Source of the DNA: Vicinamibacterales bacterium
Lineage (GTDB): Bacteria > Acidobacteriota > Vicinamibacteria > Vicinamibacterales > UBA8438
Length of the DNA stretch: 64,000 nt
Assembly (NCBI GenBank): GCA_965207595.1
Contig: CBDBMW010000013.1
Span: forward strand, 503,497-567,496
Direction of reading: 5' to 3'
Each line of letters begins with the position of its first letter. Position 1 is the first letter of the stretch. Shown piece after piece: positions 1 to 8,784 of the stretch. The notes below the pieces were generated by a model that searched no databases, was not told the origin of the DNA, and worked only from the letters and a program-made list of their open reading frames with translations. The position numbers and the translations under genes were made by a program.

Positions 1-1
1 G

Positions 2-799
2 CGGAACGGCCGCATCGCGAACGCGCGCCTGCTGCTCGACGCGGGGGCCGACGTCGACGAGGCGGCGCCCAACGGGCAGTCCGCGCTCGTCATCGCCAGC
101 TTCAGCGGGCAGGGCGATCTGGCCGCGTTCCTTCTCGAACGGGGTGCGAACCCGAACGACGCCGCCGCCGGGTACACGGCGCTGCACACGGCCGTTTCCC
201 GGGGCGACCTGAAGCTGGTGCGCGCGCTGAGCGCGCACGGCGCCGATCCGAACGCCCGACTCGACCGGGGGAGCCGGCAGCAGCGGAACCTCAACTGGTA
301 CGGCCTGTCCGGGTCGTTGGCGGGCGCGACGCCGTTCTGGCTGGCGGCGAAGTACGCCGAGATCGAGATCATGGAGTTCCTGGCCGCGGCCGGTGCCGAT
401 CCGCTGCTGGCGCCGTACGGCAACGGGATCACGCCCTTGATGGCCGCCGCCGGCGCCGGCTGGACCACGAGGTCCAGCAACCGCCGCGACCAGGGCATCG
501 GCGTCGACGCGGCCCGGCTGCTGGTGCTGGCCGGCGAGCGTGCGACGTGGGAGGGCACGCGGCTGGCGCTCGAGCTGGGCAACGATGTCAACGCGACGGA
601 CGACAACGGGAACACGGCGCTGCACGCCGCGGTCCGGCTCGCGTACTCGACCGTCGTCGACCTCCTGGTCGATAGCGGCGGGGACCTGGACATCCGCAAC
701 AGCAACGGCAGGTCGGCACGCGACCTGATGTGCCGCGGTGCGGCCGGTGAGCTCGTTCGCCCGCTCGCCGCTGGTCGCTGCCCGGGTTCCGCACCCTAG
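2..799 (+). CDS. Ankyrin-repeat protein, C-terminal portion (5' end lies outside the window)
   Basis: Frame 2 is open from the window edge to TAG at 797-799. The translation shows repeated ankyrin consensus, e.g. GYTALHTAVSRGDLKLVRALSAHGADPN and NGNTALHAAVRLAYSTVVDLLVDSGGDLD. It is the same family as the paralogs at 14485-16026, 26183-27676 and 44631-46052. Confidence 0.85.
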   Translation, partial: RNGRIANARLLLDAGADVDEAAPNGQSALVIASFSGQGDLAAFLLERGANPNDAAAGYTALHTAVSRGDLKLVRALSAHGADPNARLDRGSRQQRNLNWYGLSGSLAGATPFWLAAKYAEIEIMEFLAAAGADPLLAPYGNGITPLMAAAGAGWTTRSSNRRDQGIGVDAARLLVLAGERATWEGTRLALELGNDVNATDDNGNTALHAAVRLAYSTVVDLLVDSGGDLDIRNSNGRSARDLMCRGAAGELVRPLAAGRCPGSAP

Positions 800-843
800 A
801 CCGAACGCAACGCGGTGGAGTCCGCGGCGTGAGCTCCCAACGC

Positions 844-894
844 GGTGGAGGCTGGGGCCGCACACGGAGCCTGCGACGGGTTGGCGCCGCGGCG
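844..894. repeat. Dispersed intergenic repeat, family A copy 1 (GGCTGGGGCCGMACRCGGAGCCTGCGACGGGYTGG core)
   Basis: ggtggaggctggggccgcacacggagcctgcgacgggttggcgcc is near-identical to the copies at 8737-8784 and 10288-10338. It lies between the ankyrin stop and the pyk start. Confidence 0.8.
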
Positions 895-1028
895 CGCCCG
901 TGCGGGCGCGTTGGGAGTATCGGCTCTTCGCCCGTGTCCCGGGTCGGCCTCCGTACACGTAGAATGGCACGGTTTCCGGGCCTCGCCGGTCGAGCCCGAC
1001 CCTTCCCGGATCCGGGAGCGAGCCGCGC

Positions 1029-2426
1029 GTGCGCCGAACCAAGATCGTCGCCACCGTCGGGCCGGCCAGCCGTACCGAGGACACCCTGGACGCGTTGCTC
1101 GCGGCCGGCGTCGACGTATTCCGCGTCAACTCCTCGCACGGCACGCGCGACGACCGGCGCGCCATGGTCGAGCGGATCCGGAGCCGGTCGGCGCGTGCCG
1201 GCCGCATCGTGGCCGTGCTGCAGGACCTGGCCGGCCCCAAGATCCGCATCGGACCCCTGGCAGATCCGGCCGGCGTAGCGTTGGAGGCGGGCGCGCGCCT
1301 CGAGATCGCGGTCGGAGACTTCGCCGGCGACGCCGCCCGGGTGTCGACCTCGTGCGCCCCGCTCGCCGCGGCGGTGCGCGGAGGGGAGGCGCTGCTGCTC
1401 GACGACGGGGCGATCGGCCTGCGCGTCATCGAGAGCGACGGCGCCCGGATCGTGACCGAGGTCGAGTTCGGCGGCCGGCTCACGGCCCGCAAGGGGATCA
1501 ACGCCCCCGGCGTGGAGTTGCCGCTCGCCGCGGTGACGGACGAGGACATCGAAGAGATCGAGGCCGCGGTCGCGACCGGGGTCGACTTCGTCGGGGTCAG
1601 CTTCGTGCAGAGCGGGAACGATCTGCGGCTGGCGCGCGCCGCGGCGCGCCGGTGCGGCGGCGACCGCGTGGGGCTGGTGGCGAAGATCGAGCGACCGGAG
1701 GCGGTCGACGGCTTCGACGACATCCTGACCGCGGCGGACGCGGTCATGGTGGCGCGCGGCGACCTGGGCCTGGAAATCCCGCTCGAGCGGGTGCCGCGGG
1801 TCCAGAAGGATCTGACCCGCCGTGCCCGCGACGCCGGTGTTCCCCTCATCGTCGCCACGCAGGTGCTCGACACGATGCGCCACGCTCCGCGTCCGACGCG
1901 GGCCGAGGTGAGCGACGCCGCGAACGCCGTCGACGACGGCGTCGACGCCATCATGCTGGCCGGGGAGACCGCCGTCGGTGCGCATCCGGTGCTCGCGGCG
2001 AGCACCCTCGACGCCATCCTGCGGGACGCCGAGTCGGTGCCACCCGATCGCGTCGTGCCGGGGGACATCGCGGATCGCCACGACCGGGCGCTCTGTGACG
2101 CCGCGGTCACGCTGGGCGCCACGGCGGGGGCCAGCGCCATCGTGGCGGTCACGCGAAGCGGCGCGACGGCGCGCCAGCTCGCGGCGCTCCGGCCTCCGAT
2201 TCCGATCTACGCGGTGACGTCGGATGCCGACGTCGCCCGCCAGCTCACCCTCTGCCGGGGCGTCGCGCCGCTGGCCGTCGACGCCGGCGCCCTGGCCACC
2301 GGCGCCCTCAAGCCCGAGCTCGCCCGCCGCGGCGTGTTCCGGGCCGGGGACGCGGTCGTCTTCGCGCGCGTCCACTCCGATCTGGTCGTCTCGGACGCGA
2401 ACTTCGTCGAGCTGCAGCGGTTCTGA
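1029..2426 (+). CDS. pyk: Pyruvate kinase
   Basis: 465 aa with a GTG start. RRTKIVATVGPAS, VFRVNSSHG, GPKIR and MVARGDLGLEIP are classic pyruvate kinase motifs. Confidence 0.93.
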   Translation: MRRTKIVATVGPASRTEDTLDALLAAGVDVFRVNSSHGTRDDRRAMVERIRSRSARAGRIVAVLQDLAGPKIRIGPLADPAGVALEAGARLEIAVGDFAGDAARVSTSCAPLAAAVRGGEALLLDDGAIGLRVIESDGARIVTEVEFGGRLTARKGINAPGVELPLAAVTDEDIEEIEAAVATGVDFVGVSFVQSGNDLRLARAAARRCGGDRVGLVAKIERPEAVDGFDDILTAADAVMVARGDLGLEIPLERVPRVQKDLTRRARDAGVPLIVATQVLDTMRHAPRPTRAEVSDAANAVDDGVDAIMLAGETAVGAHPVLAASTLDAILRDAESVPPDRVVPGDIADRHDRALCDAAVTLGATAGASAIVAVTRSGATARQLAALRPPIPIYAVTSDADVARQLTLCRGVAPLAVDAGALATGALKPELARRGVFRAGDAVVFARVHSDLVVSDANFVELQRF

Positions 2427-2475
2427 GCGCGTTCCGGGCCGTCCGTTCGAGAGTACGAGCGCGCCTGCGGGGTTG

Positions 2476-2544
2476 AGAGTCTGCGCGGCGCGAGAGTCTG
2501 CTGCGGCGCGAGCCTCTCGCACGGGCTCCTGCAGCGCAGACTCC
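2476..2544. repeat. Hairpin-type intergenic element (family B): arms GAGTCTGCGC / GCGCAGACTC with a nested GCGAGAG/CTCTCGC stem; possible bidirectional terminator
   Basis: A perfect 10-bp inverted repeat pairs 2477-2486 with 2534-2543, and an inner 7-bp inverted repeat pairs 2490-2496 with 2514-2520. The element sits between the convergent pyk (stop 2426) and ADOP permease (stop 2549). There is no T-run. Confidence 0.6.
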
Positions 2545-2548
2545 CGGC

Positions 2549-5011
2549 TCAATCGCCGCGCAATGCGAGCACCGGATCGACCTGGCTGGCGCGGCGGGCC
2601 GGAACGGCCACGGCGGCCAGCGCGACGGCAGCGAGCACCAGCGGCACGCCGACGAACGTTGCGGGGTCCGACGCCTCCACCCCGAACAGGAAGCTGGCGA
2701 GGAGGCGCGTCAACCCCGCCGCGGCCGCCACGCCGACGGCCACCCCTGCCGCGACGAGCCGCACGCCCTGCAGCACGATCATCCGCCAGACGTGGCGCCT
2801 CGCGGCGCCGAGGGCGAGCCGCACCCCGATCTCGCGCGTCCGCTGCTCCACCGAGTACGTCATCAATCCGTAGACGCCGATGGCGGCCAGGAGCAGCGCC
2901 GCGGCGCCGAACACGGTCATCAGGAGCGTGTTGAAGCGCTGTCTCGCCGTCGACCGCGAGACCACCTCGTCCATGGTCCTGACGTCCGACACCGGCAGCC
3001 CCGTGGCCAGGCGGAGCTCTTCCTGGACCGCCGCGCTGAGAGCGCGCGGGGCGGTCCGCGTCCGGACGATCCAGCCCATCGGCGCGATCTGGAGGCTGAG
3101 GGCGCTGACCGCGTCCGGCAACTGGGCATGCGGCACGTACATACGCGGTTGGGGATCGGCGTTCAATCCGCCGTCGCGCACGTCGGCCACGATGCCGACG
3201 ATCTGCCGTTCGGGCTCGTCGGCGAACTCCTGCATGACGCCCCGGCCGATGGTGATCCGGGCCGCAAGGGGATCGTCTTCGGGCCAGAAGCGGTCCGCCA
3301 TCGTCTCGTTGATGACGACCACCGGCGGGGTGCTGCTTCCGTCCCGGTCCGTGAAGACCCGCCCCCGGCGCGTGGGAATCCGGAACACCTCGAAGAAGCC
3401 GTCCGATACGGTCGTCCACCCGCCGCCGCCATGGAAGGGCCCGTCGTCGAGCGCCCGCCCCGAGATGACGAACGGCAGCCCGAACCCGCCCTCCAGGGGA
3501 ACGCAGCACGTCGCGGCGGCGTGCTCGACGCCCGGCAGCGCCCGCAGGCGGTCGACGGCTTCCCTGAGCGCCTGCCCGACACCCGTCCCGGTCGCAAACC
3601 GCGGCCCGGTCAGCGACGTCCGCATCGTAAGCACGTTAGTGGCGTCGAAGCCGGGGTCGACGCGGCTCAGAGCGACCGAAGTCCGGATGAGCAGCGCCGA
3701 GCCCACCAGCAGGACCAGCGCCAACGCGACCTCGCCGGCCACGAGCACGGACCGCGTCCGGTTCTGGCGGAACCCGGCGCCCGTACGCCCCCCGCCCTCC
3801 TTGAGGGTCGCGCCCACATCCGTGCGCGAACCCTGGAGGGCCGGGATCAGGCCGAACAGCACGCCCGTCCCGAGCGAGACCGCGAGCGCGAAGAGCATCA
3901 CGCGCCAGTCCGCCGCCACCGCCACCCCGTCGGCTCCCAGGCGGGGCAGCCCGACGGTGCTGACCGAGAGCAGGGCCCGGATGCCGGCGACGCCCAGGGC
4001 CAGGCCGAGCGCGCCGCCGACCACTGCCAACACCAGGCTCTCGGTCAGCAGTTGGCGGACAATCCGCCCCCGTCCGGCCCCGATCGCGGTGCGCAGCGCG
4101 ATCTCCCGCTTGCGCCCGAGCGCGCGCACGAGCTGCAGGTTGGCCACGTTGGCGCACGCGATCAGCAACACCAGGCCGACCGCCCCGAGCAGCACGAGGA
4201 GCAGACCGCGGGCGTTGCGGACCAGCTCCTCGCGGATCGGCACGGCGCCGAAGACCGCACCGTCCGGCAGCACCTCAGGGAATCGCTCGCGGTAGAACTC
4301 GGTCGAGCCCTCCAGCACTGCCTGCGCCTGTTCGAGGGAGACGCCCGGTCTCAGCCGACCGGCGACGATGAAGTAGTGGCCCTGATCCGTGGCGTTCGGG
4401 TCGAGCTGGAACGGCGTCCAGACGTCCGGGGTGTCGCCGAAGTCCCGGAAGTCGAAGCGGTCGCCCACGACGCCCACGACCACGTGCAGATCGCCGCTCA
4501 GCGAGAGGCCGCGGCCGATGACCTCGGGATCGCGGTCGAAGCGTCGTTCCCAGACGCGCTCGCTGATGAGCGCCACCCGCGGTCCGTTGGGCAGGTCCTC
4601 GTCCACCGCGAAGGCGCGTCCATGCACGATCGGGGCACCGAAGAGCCGGAAGTAGGCGGCGGATACCTGGGCCCAGCGGAGCTGCTCGGGAGTGTCCCCG
4701 CCGGTGTCGTTGATGCGGCCGGTGCGGAAGGCCGAGACGTCGTCGAGCACCTCGCTCTGCGTGCGCCACCAGGCGAACTTCGCCGGCGACCCGCCCTGGT
4801 TGCGACCCTCCGGCGCAACTGCCTGGAGCCAGACGATCCGATCCGGATCGGGGAACGGCGCCGGCTTCAGCAGCACGGCGTTGACGACCGAGAAGACGGC
4901 CGTCGTCGCTCCGATGCCGAGGGCCAGCGCGGCGACGGCGGCCAGCGTGAAGCCGGGACCGCGAAGAAGCGAGCGGACGGTGTGCCGGAGGTCCTGCAGG
5001 AGTGTGTCCAT
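2549..5011 (-). CDS. ADOP-family (duplicated MacB/FtsX-like) ABC transporter permease
   Basis: 820 aa. The N-terminus LLRGPGFTLAAVAALALGIGATTAVFSVVNAVLLKP and two FtsX-like 4-TM modules separated by large periplasmic regions are typical of acidobacterial duplicated orphan permeases. Confidence 0.85.
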   Translation of the reverse strand: MDTLLQDLRHTVRSLLRGPGFTLAAVAALALGIGATTAVFSVVNAVLLKPAPFPDPDRIVWLQAVAPEGRNQGGSPAKFAWWRTQSEVLDDVSAFRTGRINDTGGDTPEQLRWAQVSAAYFRLFGAPIVHGRAFAVDEDLPNGPRVALISERVWERRFDRDPEVIGRGLSLSGDLHVVVGVVGDRFDFRDFGDTPDVWTPFQLDPNATDQGHYFIVAGRLRPGVSLEQAQAVLEGSTEFYRERFPEVLPDGAVFGAVPIREELVRNARGLLLVLLGAVGLVLLIACANVANLQLVRALGRKREIALRTAIGAGRGRIVRQLLTESLVLAVVGGALGLALGVAGIRALLSVSTVGLPRLGADGVAVAADWRVMLFALAVSLGTGVLFGLIPALQGSRTDVGATLKEGGGRTGAGFRQNRTRSVLVAGEVALALVLLVGSALLIRTSVALSRVDPGFDATNVLTMRTSLTGPRFATGTGVGQALREAVDRLRALPGVEHAAATCCVPLEGGFGLPFVISGRALDDGPFHGGGGWTTVSDGFFEVFRIPTRRGRVFTDRDGSSTPPVVVINETMADRFWPEDDPLAARITIGRGVMQEFADEPERQIVGIVADVRDGGLNADPQPRMYVPHAQLPDAVSALSLQIAPMGWIVRTRTAPRALSAAVQEELRLATGLPVSDVRTMDEVVSRSTARQRFNTLLMTVFGAAALLLAAIGVYGLMTYSVEQRTREIGVRLALGAARRHVWRMIVLQGVRLVAAGVAVGVAAAAGLTRLLASFLFGVEASDPATFVGVPLVLAAVALAAVAVPARRASQVDPVLALRGD

Positions 5012-5341
5012 GACTTCGCTCGGGTTGCGAATCGTGTCTGGCGGAGGTGGTTCCGCCCCACCTCGGGCTGGGGGGCTGCGGCGCTGCCGTACGCGATAGG
5101 ACGGTTCCGCTGCGCTCCGGGTTCTCGCAGCCTGCGCGCAGGGCGCGGAACGGCAACGGCGAGTGGCTGGTCCCGAAGGAACTCACGCGGCCTGCGCGGC
5201 GTGACGTGCGCTCGTCTGTCCCGTTTCCCGTCCCGGTGGCGGGGCGACTGCGAATCCTGCCGCGACCGAAGCGGCGCCGGCCCGCACCGCTGATGCCGCG
5301 GCCCGCAGGCGCAGGGCGGCACACGCAAGGGCCGCAGATCG

Positions 5342-6013
5342 CTAGTCGTTCGGGTCGCCGTGCAGCGCGACGAGACGTGCGCGCTCGGCGTCGGTCAGGG
5401 GGAGGAAGCCGGTCTCGTCCGACTCGGCGGCGAGGGGCTGGCAGGGGCCGCACATCAGCGTATCCGCCAGCTCGTTGTGGAGCAGGCCCAGTGCGTGACC
5501 CAGCTCGTGGGCCACCACGTGGCGCGTCACCATCGCGTCGTTCCGGTCCGGGCCCCGGACTCGCCGGATGACGACGAGGTGGCGCGGCGGGTCCACGCGG
5601 GGGAGCGGCCAGGTGTAGGACAGGATGTCCTGGCGGGAGAGCAGGAGGACGACATCGGCGGCGAGTCGGGTGAGCTCCGGCGGCGCGTCCGGTTCCGCCT
5701 CGCCGCCCGGCAGGCGGACGGCGCGTTGCGCCACGCCGCGCGCATAGTTCTCCAGGACGCGCGCAACCGGCGAAGCCACGACGACGCGCGGCCCGCCGAG
5801 GCGGGTCGCGACGCCGAGCTCCGCCAGCCGGGCGTTCCAGAACGCGAGGGCCTCGCGCGCCGGGTCGAGCCGATCGTCATCCGCCGATGGCGCCAGCACG
5901 AGCACCGATCGCTCGGCAGCGCCGACAACGATACCGAGCAACAACAGGGCGGCGATCGTGGCGGTGATTCCAGCTACGAGCCGCACGGCACGATCTCGTG
6001 TCGGAACGCGCAC
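5342..6013 (-). CDS. Membrane-anchored metzincin-like zinc metalloprotease
   Basis: 223 aa with an N-terminal TM/signal segment (LVAGITATIAALLLLGIVVGA). It has the extended zinc motif HELGHALGLLH (HExxHxxGxxH) followed by a candidate Met-turn (DTLMCGP). Confidence 0.6.
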   Translation of the reverse strand: MRVPTRDRAVRLVAGITATIAALLLLGIVVGAAERSVLVLAPSADDDRLDPAREALAFWNARLAELGVATRLGGPRVVVASPVARVLENYARGVAQRAVRLPGGEAEPDAPPELTRLAADVVLLLSRQDILSYTWPLPRVDPPRHLVVIRRVRGPDRNDAMVTRHVVAHELGHALGLLHNELADTLMCGPCQPLAAESDETGFLPLTDAERARLVALHGDPND

Positions 6014-6047
6014 CGCCCCAGGCCCGCCCGCGCGCGTCGGAGGCGAA

Positions 6048-7151
6048 TCACGCGCGCTTCCGCCGCAGCAGGATGATCCAGTGCGGGCACTTCGCCGTGT
6101 CCGCGTACAGCCGCTCGCAGTCGTCGCAGCGGACGCACTCCGTCATGTCGATGCGCGGGCCCTGGATGGCGCCCCACTCGCACGCCTTCTCGCAGATCTT
6201 GCACGTGTTGCACTCGGACCAGCGCTTGATGCGGAAGACGGTCAGCGTCGAGAGCAGCCCGAGCGCCGCGCCGACGGGGCAGAGGAAGCGGCAGTAGAGG
6301 TTGCGGACGAAGACGGTCGCCAGGAGCAGCAACGCCAGGGCGGTCCAGAGGGCCGGGGTGCTGCGGAGCGTGAACATCCAGAACGGCTCGACGTAGCGGT
6401 AGGCGGCGATGTCGGAGGTGGCGAGGAAGTAGATCAGCGTGGCTCCGAGCAGGAAGTACTTGATGCGGGCCGCGCGGTGCTCGAGCCACGGCGGCACCTC
6501 GAGCCGGAACCGGGCGGGAACGACGCGGTCGAGCAACTGCGTCAGCGCCCCGTAGGCGCAGATCCGCCCGCAGTAGAGGCGGCCCCACAGGATCGTCGAG
6601 ACCACCGTGAACCCCGCGAACAGGTACCACGCCAGGCTGTAGCGGAAGACGGGGAGGTTGCCCGTCGCGGCGCTGTAGATGTTGACCACCGAGATGAGCT
6701 GGCTCTTGTAGAAGCCCAGGTAGGCCACCGCGGCCACGAGCGTCACGTACTTCAGCGGCACGCTCTTGCGCTGGAAGCTGACGAGGGCCAGCGCCGCGAA
6801 CGCCGCGAACGCCGCCAAGTCGGTGCCCTGATCCCGGAGCAGCGTGCCCCAGGTCTCGACCTCCTCCTCGTCCTCGAAGTCCCAGAAGTCGTCCGCCGCT
6901 GCCTCGTCGTCAGGCTGGATCGCGGCGGCGAAGCTCCACGCCGCCGTCGGTGCGGTCGGCGCTGCTGCCGGTGCGGTCGACGCGGCCATCGGTGCGGTCG
7001 GCGTCGCCGCCCCGACGGGGAACGCGACCGCGCCGGCGAGCAGCAGGGCCACGAGGCCGCGCCGCAGAACGGAGCGAACGGCGAGAGGCTCGGTCGGGCC
7101 TCCGGACGGGCCAGCCGGCGGCGAGAGCCGGTCCCGCGCGGCGCGCGTCAC
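6048..7151 (-). CDS. NapH/MauN/NosR-type polytopic membrane protein with C-terminal 2x[4Fe-4S] ferredoxin domain
   Basis: CxxxC and CxxxCP motifs lie beside TM helices (LYCGRICAYG, LYCRFLCPVG). The C-terminus carries CNTCKICEKAC and CVRCDDCE...CP clusters. The proposed GTG start at 7151 overlaps the upstream stop (GTGA). The start is uncertain; an internal ATG (MAASTAP...) is the alternative. Confidence 0.75.
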   Translation of the reverse strand: MTRAARDRLSPPAGPSGGPTEPLAVRSVLRRGLVALLLAGAVAFPVGAATPTAPMAASTAPAAAPTAPTAAWSFAAAIQPDDEAAADDFWDFEDEEEVETWGTLLRDQGTDLAAFAAFAALALVSFQRKSVPLKYVTLVAAVAYLGFYKSQLISVVNIYSAATGNLPVFRYSLAWYLFAGFTVVSTILWGRLYCGRICAYGALTQLLDRVVPARFRLEVPPWLEHRAARIKYFLLGATLIYFLATSDIAAYRYVEPFWMFTLRSTPALWTALALLLLATVFVRNLYCRFLCPVGAALGLLSTLTVFRIKRWSECNTCKICEKACEWGAIQGPRIDMTECVRCDDCERLYADTAKCPHWIILLRRKRA

Positions 7152-7711
7152 CGGGAAGCTCCGGGAGGCCTGAGGAAGGCCCGCGCGATTCGCCGGGCGC
7201 TGTTCTTCACGGCCCGGGTGGCGCTGCCCACGGTCAGGGTGGCGGTGGCCACCGCGTCCACATCGCGTCCGAGGCGGAAGCGGTCGCGAATGCTCTTCGC
7301 CTCGAACTGCGCGGCGTAGCCCGGCAGGTCGATGGAGAAATAGCCGTACGGCTCGTGGTGGGTGCCGACGACGACCCCGGTGAGCACGCCGACCGTGTCC
7401 ATCCCGACCAGGATCTGGATGGGACCGTCGTAGCCGCGCTCGAGTGGCTCGAGGTCCGTGGTCAGGAACGCGTAGCCGACGATGCGTGGCTCGTCGGACC
7501 CCGACTCGTGGGTGTAGACCTTGAAGTGCGGGGGGGAGCCCTCCTTCGGCGAGAAGCTGTCCGCGTCGGGAAAGAGGCGCGCGAGCTGCGCCCGGCGCTG
7601 CGCGTCGCGCGACTGGCCCGCCGCTAGTACCGCGGCACCCGCGGCGACGGCACCGGCCGCGACGGAGCCCGCAACTAGGATAGCCGTGAGGGTCCTGGTA
7701 TTCATCGACAT
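7148..7711 (-). CDS. FMN-binding domain protein (NosR N-terminal-like), signal/TM anchored
   Basis: This is the last 187 codons of track ORF 7148-9160. It begins MSMNTRTLTAILVAGSVAAGAVAAG, followed by GYDGPIQILVGMDTVGVLTGVVVGTHHEPYGY and DAVATATLTVGSATRAV, which resembles the FMN_bind flavinylation region (D..SGAT..S). Confidence 0.75.
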   Translation of the reverse strand: MSMNTRTLTAILVAGSVAAGAVAAGAAVLAAGQSRDAQRRAQLARLFPDADSFSPKEGSPPHFKVYTHESGSDEPRIVGYAFLTTDLEPLERGYDGPIQILVGMDTVGVLTGVVVGTHHEPYGYFSIDLPGYAAQFEAKSIRDRFRLGRDVDAVATATLTVGSATRAVKNSARRIARAFLRPPGASR

Positions 7712-8140
7712 GCCGCTGCCGGCCGCCGCTTTGCACGCGGCAGCGCTCCGCCGGAGGATTCGCTCGTGATTATCGCGGGCGGGGCTCGCCGGGTCAACGG
7801 AGCGCCGGGCGCCCGTCGGGGTCGCGAGCGCCGGGGAGCGCCTCCTGATGCCCGCCTGGCCTCCCGTCCGGGCGCCCCCTGCGCGCCTGGTCCCCCTGCG
7901 CACGCCCTTGCGGTCTGCTTGCCCGGACGCTGGCGCGGCCGCGATCGACGGCATCGACGCCGTGCCGGCACGATCGCATCGGTCGATGCGAGTGAGCCGC
8001 GTTTCGCAGGAGCCGTCGGGGCTCCGGCCGGGCCGCGGTGGGTCATAATGACCGGCAGTGGGGGCGCGGCCGGCGGCCGCTGCCGCGGCGGGCCTTCTCG
8101 GCTGGACGGCAGGGCGCGGACCGGGGTGCGGGAGTGCACG

Positions 8141-8641
8141 ATGGCGAACGAGACACGGACTCGGGCAATTGGACTCGTCGGGCTGGCGATGCTGCTGGCG
8201 GCTGCGGCGTCCGCAGTGCCGGCCGGGGGCCTCGGGGCGGTGCCGGCGGCGGCACAGAACCGGCTGGCGGGCGCGACCGCGGCCGACTGCACGTTCCCCG
8301 TGCTGGCCACCGGCACCTGGACGGAGGGGGAGGCGAGCGCCGAGACGACCACGTCGGACCTGTCGTTCCGCTTCGAGGGGATCGACACCGAGGACGCCAC
8401 CGCGGAAGCGGTGGGACCGTTCGGCGTCTCCCACATCATCACGCGGCTCAGCGGCCAGTACCTGCACTTCCTGCAGATGTTCCAGGCCGGGCCGCTCTAC
8501 ACGACGACCATCCTCAACCAGGAGGCGGGCGACGGCACGTTCCTGGCCGTCCACACCCGCCACGAGTACACGCAGATCTCGCTGCCCGGCTTCACCTCGC
8601 GCCCCGAGCAGTACTACGGGGAGTGCGAGTTGACCTGGTAG
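8141..8641 (+). CDS. Secreted hypothetical protein
   Basis: An ATG with an upstream GGGAG, then a signal peptide (RAIGLVGLAMLLAAAASAVPA). Non-repetitive composition, with Cys near both ends of the mature part. I recognise no family. Confidence 0.6.
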   Translation: MANETRTRAIGLVGLAMLLAAAASAVPAGGLGAVPAAAQNRLAGATAADCTFPVLATGTWTEGEASAETTTSDLSFRFEGIDTEDATAEAVGPFGVSHIITRLSGQYLHFLQMFQAGPLYTTTILNQEAGDGTFLAVHTRHEYTQISLPGFTSRPEQYYGECELTW

Positions 8642-8736
8642 CGGTCCGAGCCTGGCGCACCCCGCAAAGGCGGGTCGGGAATCCACCCTGGCGCAACCTG
8701 CCGTAGCGCCGGGTCTGCGGCGCCGGCTCCTGGGGC

Positions 8737-8784
8737 GGTGGGGGCTGGGGCCGAACACGGAGCCTGCGACGGGTTGGGCGGCGC
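8737..8784. repeat. Dispersed intergenic repeat, family A copy 2
   Basis: ggtgggggctggggccgaacacggagcctgcgacgggttgggcggcgc, located between convergent genes (stops at 8641 and 8784). Confidence 0.8.

Noticed and set aside
588-3509. 973-aa ORF on the minus strand spanning the ankyrin tail, pyk and part of the ADOP gene
   Set aside because: It is antisense or off-frame to well-supported genes and has extreme Arg/Gly/Ala/Pro composition with no recognisable motif. This is the typical open-frame artefact of very high-GC DNA. The same applies to 845-2098, 2792-5293, 4275-5453, 5958-7319 and similar ORFs.
6048-7711. A single NosR-like gene broken by a frameshift (pseudogene)
   Set aside because: The stop/start GTGA overlap gives two complete ORFs with intact motifs, which is what translational coupling would produce, so I annotate two genes. 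A sequencing indel cannot be excluded without reads.
8041-8053. Palindrome GGTCATAATGACC 88 nt upstream of the secreted hypothetical gene
   Set aside because: It is a single short palindrome with no second copy or adjacent regulator gene. It is an AT-richer patch that may just contain a -10-like CATAAT, and the evidence for an operator is insufficient.
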